Source: Octopus vulgaris
Taxonomy: Eukaryota
NCBI GenBank assembly: GCA_951406725.2
Contig: OX597832.1
Location: 68,944,001-69,008,000 of the forward strand
Length of the DNA stretch: 64,000 nt
Direction: 5' to 3'
Part shown: piece after piece, positions 53,637 through 64,000 of the stretch
Position numbering within the stretch: position 1 is the stretch's first letter
Layout: each line of letters opens with the position of its first letter
Translations under genes and position numbers: made by a program
The notes under the pieces: model-generated
Seen by the model: the letters and a program-made list of their open reading frames with translations, nothing else
Told to the model about the DNA's origin: nothing
Databases searched by the model: none

Positions 53637-55785
53637 CCAGGTTCCTTAATATATATATATATGCAACTTTGCTCTAGTTAGAATATTTTTGACAAAAACT
53701 TCAAATCTGAAAAGAATCTTTTCCCAAACAAATATACACAAGGACTAACATTTTCACCAGACACACACACGTTCATGCATGCACACCCCTATACCCACAC
53801 ATACACACGCACATGGAGCAAATGCTGACACCAGAAACTCCTGCCAGAACAGTTTAAATCTTTGCTTTATTTCTAGTCTGTTCAGCTGTAAAATTTTAAA
53901 TAAATATGTGTGTGGGGGGGAGGAGTCTGTTGTGTGTTACAATGCACACGCGCACACACACACACGTATTCTATGTTCTGCTGAATTATTCATATTTATC
54001 GTTTACATAAATCTAAGAATGCAGATCAGTGTTAGAACTAACAAATAAAACCACAAATTCTACTCTTTTTAGAGATGAAGCATTTCAAGAGATTTGTTCA
54101 GTGATATCATTCATATAAGAACCAAAACCATTAAACTGGGTGCAGGAAACTTCGATGATTCTCCCACCACCACCACCACCACCACCATGTCTCTTAGTAT
54201 GATTCATGATTATCTTTTAATACATGTGCAAATCAGAGTTATTTTTGATAGAACAATCACACCAGTGATTTAATAAAGCCAATGGCTGAAGAAATCTTTG
54301 AGAATTAACAAGGATTTTATTGGTTTAACCCTTTCACTACCAACCTGCTAGAGGTTACCCTTCATTCTATGACTTATATTTCCCATTTTAAAGTCACCTA
54401 AATTAAAAGCTTCCTCCAAAATTTCCTGTTAATTTGTTCTAAAGATTACCTTGATAATGATTAAATTAATTGAAAGAAAGTTTGTACACTTCAAATGAAA
54501 TACAATAACATAACGGCTAAATTGAATAAAAGATTAAAACAATTTATACCAAACTTTCCTTCATATTTTGGATCTAATCCTTCAAAGTATTTTAAATAAA
54601 ATTTTATATAAAATATCTTTAAAATATATAATCTTGTTATACAAGCCTAGATTGAATATATGGAATGTATGATGTGTTAATGCTGTTTTTTAAATACAAT
54701 TTTCGATTTCTTTCAAAATACCATAATTTTTGACAACACAGTTTTTGAATAATACTGGTTTCTCATTTTGGCATAAGGCTAGCAGTTTTGAAGAGAAGGG
54801 GTAATGCCATCGACATCAGTATTTCCCAGGTACTCTTTTATTGACTCTGAAGGAATAGAAAGCAAATCTGACCTCGGTAGAGTTGACTAAGAAGGTAAAG
54901 AATTGGAAAAAATATTGCAAGGAATTTAGTTTCATACTCTACCAATCCTGCCACTTACGGCCTCTCTAGCTAGCAGGAATTGAAACTAAGCCACCTGATT
55001 GAATAGCATTTGAATTATTGTAGGTGGTTGAAATAGCGATTAAATTTTAGAAGATCAATAAAATATTTAGAATCATGATATTTTGATATTGATAATTGTA
55101 TATTTGTTGGAATTAGTAACTCTGAAATAAAATTAGATATTGCTTTTTTTTATATTATTAAAAGTGAATGATTTATGTTAAAACCAGACTCAGTTTCCTC
55201 ATCAAGAACTGCACATTAAAAATAAAGCTAATTCTAATTATTCTAACTCAGTGTGATGGAATAATCTAATTTTTAATTAAAATACTATTTCTGACCATGA
55301 ATTTCAGACAATTTCCATAAAAAGAAAACAAAAATATTGTAAAAAATTTTAAGAGGCATATGAAGTAATTTGGACAAAACATATTTGTGAAAATTTAGGA
55401 ATTTGAAAAGAAATGCAGATTATGATTCTTTAAAACTGAACTTATTTTCAAATCAATACCTGCTAAATTAAAATCAATCCAGCAATTAATCATATATTTC
55501 TTTAGTTTTCTTTACATTCCATTTTAGGTCTAATTGCTGTTGATCAAATTAATTTTATTTTGTAAGAGGCATTTAATAACCTTTAATTTTATGTATCAAC
55601 AAAAAATTGATGCATTTTACAATTTACACTTTTATAAAACGTGTTTCCTGCAATTGATGAGATGACATGGGTGGATCAACACGACCAGCAATATATCATT
55701 CTGTAGACATGTCCAACTCATTACAATAACAGATAAAGGGACATTGTCAGCAGTGGCAACAGTGATGACATGATCTTCAACTTCA

Positions 55786-55819
<34 letters not shown>

Positions 55820-55860
55820 GGTGGTGGTGGCAGTGATGATAAGGATAATGATCTACCCAT

Positions 55861-55925
55861 GGGCATATGGCATAGTGGTTAAGAGCGCGGGCTACTAACA
55901 ACAAGAGTTCAATTCCAGGCAGTGA

Positions 55926-55981
<56 letters not shown>

Positions 55982-56162
55982 TCGAAAAATACCTTAGGAA
56001 TGAGAATCCAGGTTCGAAATTTCCCCAAGAAACCTGATGAAGGCTGGAGGGTGTATCAGCCGAAACGTTGTGTTAACAACAAACAAGATGAGGACAAATA
56101 TTTGTCAAATGTAAATAATGTAAATAATGTACATAATTCCTCTTCTTTTAAATATAGAACTG
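55861..56162 (+). mobile_element. tRNA-headed SINE-like element with internal (AAT)n and hammerhead-bearing tail
   Basis: A box TGGCATAGTGG (55868-78), B box GAGTTCAATTCC (55905-16), (AAT)n at 55930-55979, HHR motif at 56032-56072, then a PLE-like AT-rich tail. Confidence 0.7.
56032..56072 (+). ncRNA. Minimal PLE-type hammerhead motif lacking stem III (dimer type)
   Basis: AC-CTGATGA(56034-40)-A-GGCTG-gagggtgtat-CAGCC-GAAAC-GTT^GTG. ACGT palindrome at stem III; stem I is only 2 bp in this copy. Confidence 0.65.
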
Positions 56163-57396
56163 TGATGATTGTTGTTAAATCGTTAGTCAACTCTAAACAA
56201 ACATTCTTGCTATAATCATGCAGGGATCCCCTTCATCAACAGACACCTCAAAAACATCCCCCACTTGGGTTATACCAATCTCCTTCAACTGCTGCAACCC
56301 TTGACCCACCCTAATCCACCCCACCCCAAGCCTCTTCTACATTTCTCTCCATCATTTGCTACAGTCACTTCAATCCTTCCCACTCACCCAGTCCCAACCC
56401 CTGAATCACTTCACCTATTTTCACCACCCCCAATGTCCATCAAAGGCATGTCCCAACACATCTTTGCCATCATGTCCCTCATTACAGCTCTCTTCAATTT
56501 ACTCTCTTGCCCACTTGCCTGTTTTTACCAAAACTCCGGTATCTATGTATCTCCTCCATAGCATGGTTGAAGGGATTTTTTCCTTTTGCAAGGTACTTCC
56601 TGACACTGGTACCATGTAAAAAGCACCCAGTATGCTATGTAAAGTGGCTGGTGTTAGGAAGGACACCCAGCTGCAGAAGCCATGCCAAGACAGATTATGG
56701 AACAAAAGGTGTGTGTGTCAGAGAGAGAGAGAGTGAGAGAGAGCGATAGAGAACAAGACAGAAAGAAAAAGAGTGAAAGGATTTATGTATATTTGTCATA
56801 GAATCATTGAGTGCAATACAGTTTTGTTGTTATAAAAGTATTTAACTTTTTCAATTTTGGTCTATCGAAATAAGAATGGATTTGTTCCAATTAAATTTTG
56901 AAAATAATGAAATTAATAAAATAACTTTTTGAAACATAAATAAACATAAAATCTTAATGGAAAGTTTTAATTTGAATCAATTCATAAACCAGGAATTTGT
57001 AATTTTGGAACCAAAGCTAGTTTGAAGACGACTGATATAAAATGGGTTAAAATAAAATCCAATAAATTATTCATTATTTACCAAAGAAAAAAAATTCAGC
57101 CAATCTTTTATTTTCGTTAAAATTTCATGGTTTTAGACAGTATTAAGTTTGTAAAAAGAAAACAGCACAAAGTTTTTTCTTCAGAATTTAGAAAATTGTT
57201 AAAGAATTCAAATCTGCCTGCACAAAATTATTCAAAGATGCAGGTTAAGAAGTGTTGTTAAGAAGCTCATTTCCCATCCACATAGTCCCTGGTTCAATCC
57301 TAATGAGAGGTACTTTGGCAAGAGTCTTCAACTGTAGCCCCAGGGTGACCAAAATTTAGTGAGTGGATTTGCTGGGTATAAAGAGAAAGAAACTAG

Positions 57397-57450
<54 letters not shown>

Positions 57451-57929
57451 ATGTGTTTGTGCACATGTGCATGTGAACGAATGTTTGTTTGTGTATTTGT
57501 GTCTGTATGTTGCTCCCCACCAGACACACACACTCTGCTCGCCAACTGGTGTTGGTGTGCTTACATCCATGTAACTCAATGGTTTGGCCAAAAAACCAAT
57601 AGAATAAGTACCAGGCTTATAAAGAAGAGAAATCCTGGTGTCAATTTATTCGATTGAAATTCCTGAGAGCAGTGCTCCAGTGTGGTCACAGTCTAATGAT
57701 TGAAACAAGTAAAAAGATAATTTTGAAATTAAAAACAGATTAATTAAAAAATCTAAAATCTAATAATTATTGCTTCACCATATTAGACATTACGAGTGTT
57801 ATCAATTAGTATATATAAAACAGTTCAGCAGATACATAAATGGCTAAATATATTTGGTACCTATACACTCCATAGATATCATTCCAGGAATTATGATGAA
57901 TACATACATACAGATATATACATACACAT

Positions 57930-58000
<71 letters not shown>

Positions 58001-58003
<3 letters not shown>

Positions 58004-58226
58004 GTAATATATGTGACAATTATTTGGTTGCCATAATAAAACTCTGAGTTTTGGATGTCAGGGCATAAATCTGCTCCAGCATCTCTTCAGTTATTGAGGC
58101 AATCAAAATATGCTTTCGATATGCCTAGATACCTGAAGAGATGCCGGAACAGATTTCCATCCCAACATCCAAAACTCAGAGTTTTATCATGGCAACCGAA
58201 TAATTGTCACATATTATATTACAGAT
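58001..58226. mobile_element. Fold-back element with two decayed hammerhead motifs, in (TA)n
   Basis: About 95 bp arms. Minus 58095-58035: AATAA-CTGAAGA-GATG...CATC-C-AAAAC-TCAGA-GTT-TTATT. Plus 58128-58188: GATAC-CTGAAGA-GATG...CATC-C-AAAAC-TCAGA-GTT-TTATC. A one-sided tail runs to about 58280. Confidence 0.75.
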
Positions 58227-58273
58227 AAATTCCTCTATTGAGGTCTCTTTCTTTCTTTTGTTGTCTTACCATT

Positions 58274-58310
<37 letters not shown>

Positions 58311-58319
58311 GGAGTTAAA

Positions 58320-58370
58320 TGCAGGTGTTATTCAAATTCTTTTACTTTCGACACATGTTTCAAAGATATC
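58320..58370 (-). mobile_element. Truncated relative of the 48011 hammerhead family (3' half only)
   Basis: Minus TCTTT-GAAAC-ATGT-GTC-GAA-AGTAAAAGAATTTGAATAAC versus TCTTC-GAAAC-ATAT-GTC-GAA-AGTAAAGGAATTTTATTAAC at 48069-48108. Confidence 0.6.
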
Positions 58371-59487
58371 ACTGGTAACTATATATTTTTTCCGTGTTAA
58401 TTGTTAACAACGGAAAAATACACACATCTATATCTATGTATATATCTTTTATCTTTTGCTTGTTTTAGTCATTGGACTGTGGCCATGCTGGGGCACTACC
58501 TTGAATTAGTAGTCAAATGAATTGACCCACCCCAGGACTTATTCTTTAAGCCTGGTACTTATTCTATCAGTCTCTTTTGCCAAACTGTTAAGTTACTGGA
58601 ATGTAGACACACCAACACCAGTTGTCAAGCGGTGATGGGGGAACAAATACAGAAACATACATAAATATTTATATACACACACACATACATATATACATAT
58701 ATACGACAGGCTTCCTTCAATTTCCGTCTACCAAATCCACTTACCATGATAGATCGGTAGCCACTACACACATTTTTTTCTCTCCTTGTTTCTTTCAGTG
58801 GAAGAGCTTAGGCTCAAAACGTAAATACATCTGTTTGTTGTCTACACTACCTGTCTTCGTCTTTTGTTTTTTTTTGTGAATTCTCCGTGTATGTGTGTGT
58901 GTGTGTGCATGCGTGCATGTGTGTGTGCATGCGTGTGTCTGTGTACATGTATATGTACATGTGTATATACTATATGTATAAATAAGCATATATATTTATG
59001 TATGCATCTAAGTGTATTTTTCTATGTGTATGTATATACGTGAATACCCATATATGCATGTACATATACAGAAAGAGAGAGAAAAATTAAGAGATATGTA
59101 CCATTCCTATATGCATACACAGACATATTGGGAAACTTACCTCTGGTTTTTGTGTTCTGTCAATAAATGCTGTCATTTTCTCAACTCTACACTTGTATAT
59201 TATACAACAAAATGGCAAATGCAAACCAAGAGCAGCTACAGACATCTGTAGCTGAAAATATTATGCAAGAAATGTCCCTAGGACTCTATAGAAAAATGGT
59301 TTCTGTGCAAAAAGAACTATAATACATATTTGATCAGCACCTGCCACCAAATGTCAACCAGTAAAACCATCCTATGAGGCATATCAAATCTTTGAAGCAA
59401 TTTAATGTGTATTATCCATAAAAAGAAGTCCGACTGTTTATATATTGTTTGACATTTAAAACAAATGACATAGATGATGATATATAC

Positions 59488-59522
<35 letters not shown>

Positions 59523-59523
59523 G

Positions 59524-59556
<33 letters not shown>

Positions 59557-59578
59557 TGAGTGTGTGTGTGTGTATATA

Positions 59579-59614
<36 letters not shown>

Positions 59615-59626
59615 TATATATATATG

Positions 59627-59783
59627 TATGCTTTATTTAAAGCAGCAGAAAATTCAACAAAACCTGTTACTCTGAGTTTCGCGTTGCCATTCGTCGGACA
59701 GTTTTAAACTGTTCGACAAATGGCAACGGGAAACTCAGAGTAATAGGTTTTGTTGAATTTTCTGCTCCTTTAAATAAAGCATA
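59627..59783. mobile_element. Fold-back element with two compact hammerhead motifs, in (TA)n
   Basis: About 78 bp arms with essentially no spacer. Minus 59701-59664: CTGT-CCGACGA-ATG-GCAA-CGC-GAAAC-TCAGA-GTA-ACAG. The plus copy at 59709-59746 is more decayed. A one-sided tail runs to about 59850. Confidence 0.8.
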
Positions 59784-59885
59784 TTACTCTACCAATGGTA
59801 TTTGAGTACTCTTTTTTCCACCTTGTTTCACATTTATGTGTTTACTCCGGTATATATATATATATATGTATAGATATATGTATAT

Positions 59886-59919
<34 letters not shown>

Positions 59920-59922
59920 AAG

Positions 59923-59953
<31 letters not shown>

Positions 59954-60221
59954 GTGTATATATATATGTATATTAAAATCTTAGGGTAGCAAGAATATTC
60001 ATAGAAAAATTCTTAGTTACCCGTGGTCTAGCGAGAAATAAAAAAAAATAGGATTAAGGTAAAAGCTTTTATTTTCCAATCACTTTCGGAATTACAACAA
60101 TTGGTGGCTTGGAGTTTTAACTGCTCTTTCTAGCGAGTCAGATATCCTATTCTTCAGGTATCTCTTTTGTGTTTGAACGTACACTATATTCTTCTTTGAA
60201 TTATATATATGTATAGATATA

Positions 60222-60340
<119 letters not shown>

Positions 60341-60553
60341 GTGAAATAGAAAGATGAATAATCTTGTAGCAGATTAATCAAAAGTTTAACCGATACCTTG
60401 GTAGCAAAAATCACAGCAGAAAACAGCACGGTTGGAGGTACAACCATATGGTGTTACAACCGTGCGTTGGTGCGGATAATTGAAATTAAAATATTATTGG
60501 TGAATTGAAGAAATGGAGCGGAACGAAGATTGAACAGAAATCATTTTATTTCA

Positions 60554-60633
60554 TTCTACACGTGTTTCGAAAGGCACAATTTACCAAAATCCGTTTGAAT
60601 AATGAGACCATATTGTGTCTTTCTCTTCAGGAA
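60554..60633 (-). ncRNA. Minimal type I hammerhead ribozyme with canonical core
   Basis: Minus strand: TTC-CTGAAGA-GAAAGACACAAT-[31 nt]-ATTGTGCCTTTC-GAAAC-ACGT-GTA^GAA. Stem II is 12 bp with 1 mismatch, stem/loop III is the palindrome ACACGTGT, and the triplet is GUA. Confidence 0.85.
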
Positions 60634-61121
60634 GAAATAGGAAATCCGTTGGAAAAAACAAAAACAGAACAGAGGCGGAGCAAAACAAATCGAACTATGC
60701 TCCTAAGAGCCCATGGCAAAACTGTTTATCAGTGTATGTTGAGAACCGGTGGCTGAAGATTTTAACGGGTCAGGCAGCGGTCATTCATGTGGGTGAGGGT
60801 GTGTAGATGTTCTTTGTGACCGAGAATAAAGTTCTGACTATTTAAGTAATATTGGATGTTTTATAAGGGGCAAGAAAAAATCTACTTAGAGACATGTGTG
60901 TGTATACTGTTCTATATATGTGTGTGCTGGCGTAGGGGTAGAAAACATTTTTTGTGTACGTGTGTGCGTTTGATTGCTCGGCTGTCAGTGGTTAAGCCGC
61001 TCTACACAATGGCTACTGCAGTAAGAACCGTTGGGTGGCAGAAAAAAATATATTATGTTTTATGTGTGTGTGTGTTCGTCTGAGCCTGCCTTGTCGAGGT
61101 AACCCCCCGTTGTCAAAAAAC

Positions 61122-61385
61122 ATGTCCCGGGACATGAACAAGCGCCAGACCACGGGACTCAGCAAGCTAATATGGCGACTGAAGGATACGAACTTAAGCT
61201 ACAGGCTGGAATGGTCAATTTTGTCGGTGGCCCTCCCATTTGATAGGGGCAGAAGGCAGTGCAACCTTTGTGTCTCCGAACTCTTCCATATTTTGTTTGC
61301 CAGAGGCCGGATGGTAAACGGACTTTTACAGTCGGCTTTTCGATGCCCCCATTGGCGGCGTTACACTTATCTGGCTTTTAAATAG
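61122..61385 (+). pseudogene. C-terminal part of a PLE GIY-YIG endonuclease domain
   Basis: RDMNKRQTTGLSKLIWRLKDTNLSYRLEWSILSVALPFDRGRRQCNLCVSELFHIL...FRCPH fits the PLE pattern T.LS.YIW.LK....Y.I.W.IL....PY......C.LC..E...I...C.H. Confidence 0.8.
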
Positions 61386-61735
61386 CGTTTATAAATAATA
61401 CCGGCACCCATAGCCCTTGGTAACAAATTCTGAAATAGCCTTTAAGATATTTACGATTAACCACTGCAAGGGGAATTACTCCTGTAAGATAAACGGGGCT
61501 TGGTTTTTTGACAACGGGGGGTTACCTTGACAAGGCAGGCTCAGACGAACACACACACACATAAAACATAATATATTTTTTTCTGCCACCCAACGGTTCT
61601 TACTGCAGTAGCCATTGTGTAGAGTGGCTTAACCACTGACAGCCGAGCGATCAAACGCACACACGTACACAAAAAATGAAATAAAACGATTTCTGTTCAA
61701 TCTTCGTTCCGCTCCATTTCTTCAATTCACCAATA

Positions 61736-61775
<40 letters not shown>

Positions 61776-61898
61776 GCATTAGAATTTTTCTTTTGCCCTT
61801 ATCTTGTAAATTATTTATAAATTTAACCTTTAAAGGTATTTTTTGATATGCTGGCCAGTGATAAAATTTTTTTCCCGAAAAAAATTTTATCCTACATT

Positions 61899-61943
<45 letters not shown>

Positions 61944-62017
61944 TATATGTATATGTGTATATGTATATACATGTATAAGTATATATATATATGTATAAAT
62001 ATATATATATATATGTA

Positions 62018-62064
<47 letters not shown>

Positions 62065-62146
62065 GTATATATGTATATATATATAGACATACATATGCAT
62101 ACATGTGTGTATGTATCTATATATATATATATTCACACATATATAC

Positions 62147-62197
<51 letters not shown>

Positions 62198-62219
62198 CAT
62201 ATACACATACATATATAGA

Positions 62220-63700
62220 CACCTACTTGCAGTCCCTCTGACCAATGTCTGGAGAGATTCTTTAGACTCAGGTTATACACCAAAACACCTCCTATCCCAG
62301 TCTGTCATCCCGGTTTTCAAGCAGGGAAACAGATCCCTCACAGTCAACTATCACCCAATCTCACTCACCTCCCACATCATTAAAGTGTTTGAAAGAGTGG
62401 TAAGATCAAGGATAGCTGGCTTCCTGAAGATCCACAAACATCCTAAATGCAAATCAGCATGGCTTTCGCTTTAGCAGATACTGTCTATCACAGTGCTTAC
62501 ACCACATCGATGATACACTTAAAGCTTTGGGAACAGGTTCAAACTCTGATGTCATATATCTTGACTTCAGTAAAGTGTTCGACAGAGTTGACCATAATAT
62601 CTTACTCTCAAATTTGGCACATGTTGGAATCTGTGGAAAACTTCTACACTGGATTGAGTATTTCATGGTGAATGGAACATAATATATTGTGGTCGATGGA
62701 GTCCACTCAAGCCCAGCAAAAGTCACCAGTGGTGTCCCTCAGGGGACTGTCTTGGGCCTGCTCCTCTTTATAATAAACAACCTTTCCAGCAATGTAAAAC
62801 ACTGCAAAGTGAAAATATTTGCTGATGACACTAAGCTCCTGCAAATCATCAATGAAGAAGAAGACCGAACTCAACTCCAGTCTGATCTATATGCTATGAG
62901 TCAATGGACAGACAAAAACAAAATGCAACTAAACGAGGGAAAATTTGAGCTGATACATTTTGGAAGAAGGACTATGCTAAAACAACCACACTCTCTTCCT
63001 TTAGTGAAACCTTTCATGGCATCTAATAATATCAGAGAACTAGGAGTAATTGTTGATAACAATGTCAGAATGCCCACATCAGCAATAAGATTGATATAGC
63101 TCATAGGATGGGCTCCTGGATCCTAAGAACATTTTGGTCCAGAGAACAAGGTGTCTTCATTCCAGTTTTCTCCTCCTTTGTATGGCCACACCTCGAATAC
63201 TGCTGCCCCCTGTGGTCTCCCATGCAAAAAAAAACATCTCAAAAATTGTATCACCCCAGAGGGTATTCCCCAAACGAATTAAAGGCATGACTGATCTTGA
63301 TTACTGGGACCGCCTTAAAGCATTGAAAGTCTACTCTCTCCAGCACTGCCACGAACAATATATCATTTGCACAATGTGGAGAATATACCACCAGCATTTC
63401 CCAAATGACCCCTACCCAATTCAGGATCATAACACCTAAATACACTGCAACACAATTTCTTTTCCTGAACAGGCCCTGCCCTATTTAATATTGTCCCAAA
63501 ACAGATCAAAGAGGAAAAGGATTCCATCACCTTTAAATGGAACCTGGACAAATTTCTTCAAGCAATACCAGATAAGTCACCTGTACCTGGATACAACTCA
63601 TTCAACAAGAACTCCTTACTCAAATGGATCATGATACCACAAAACTTGACTTAAAAAGGATTTAGATAATCCTATCAGGTGGTGCTTTTAAGTTAGATAT
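62220..63700 (+). mobile_element. 5'-truncated CR1-group LINE, RT pseudogene
   Basis: [77 protein letters not shown] and LDYWDRLKALKVYSL. Multiple frameshifts. Confidence 0.9.
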
Positions 63701-64000
63701 GTTCAATCTGTGATTGAACATATCTAAGTTATATATATATAGGCATATGTGAATATATTTAAGTATGTATATGTGTGATTAGGTTGATACATATGCATAC
63801 ACCTACATGTATACACGCACAGAAATGTGTGAGTGTGTGTGTATGTGTGTGACTGTGCCTATTGCCCTACAAATTTGAAGTCACTGTCAAAATAGTTTTT
63901 TACAAAACTAAACAGTGATTCTCAACTTAAATGTTGAGTCCCTTCAATTGATGCTTCTAATTCTATGTAACTTTATGTAAAGAACACGACAAACAAGGAT

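Noticed and set aside
55861-55925. Functional tRNA gene
   Set aside because: Anticodon and acceptor stems are incomplete and there is no poly-T terminator; treated as a SINE head.
60060-60170. Minus-strand CTGAAGA...TCCGAAAG as a hammerhead
   Set aside because: No convincing stem I or II, and the putative triplet would be UUG, not NUH. May be a heavily decayed PLE piece.
60640-60756. KTVYQCML as the GIY motif of the PLE endonuclease
   Set aside because: It lies in the inverted non-coding arm and no YIG motif follows.

Overview
AT-rich, microsatellite-dense animal genomic DNA. The SINE, RTE-tail and mariner families resemble those of coleoid cephalopods, most likely Octopus; this is recognition from memory, not a database result. 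Only one convincing host coding exon is visible: a minus-strand internal exon at 337-574 resembling CCDC39 (ciliary coiled-coil protein). The rest looks intronic or intergenic. It holds decayed LINEs (RTE, L1/Tx1, CR1-like), Tc1/mariner remnants, a non-autonomous Helitron, tRNA-derived SINEs, a 2.1 kb 23-bp minisatellite and many simple repeats. Most ORFs in the supplied track are microsatellite artefacts. The most notable signal is a cluster of minimal type I hammerhead ribozyme (HHR) motifs: stem I - CUGANGA - stem II - GAAAC - short, often palindromic loop - GUH - stem I. They occur in four settings: (i) a Penelope-like (PLE) GIY-YIG remnant with an inverted arm; (ii) small fold-back elements with one HHR on each strand, inserted in (TA)n; (iii) a stand-alone copy; (iv) a tRNA-headed SINE-like element with a PLE-type HHR tail. 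All structures were read by eye and none has been folded computationally or tested.
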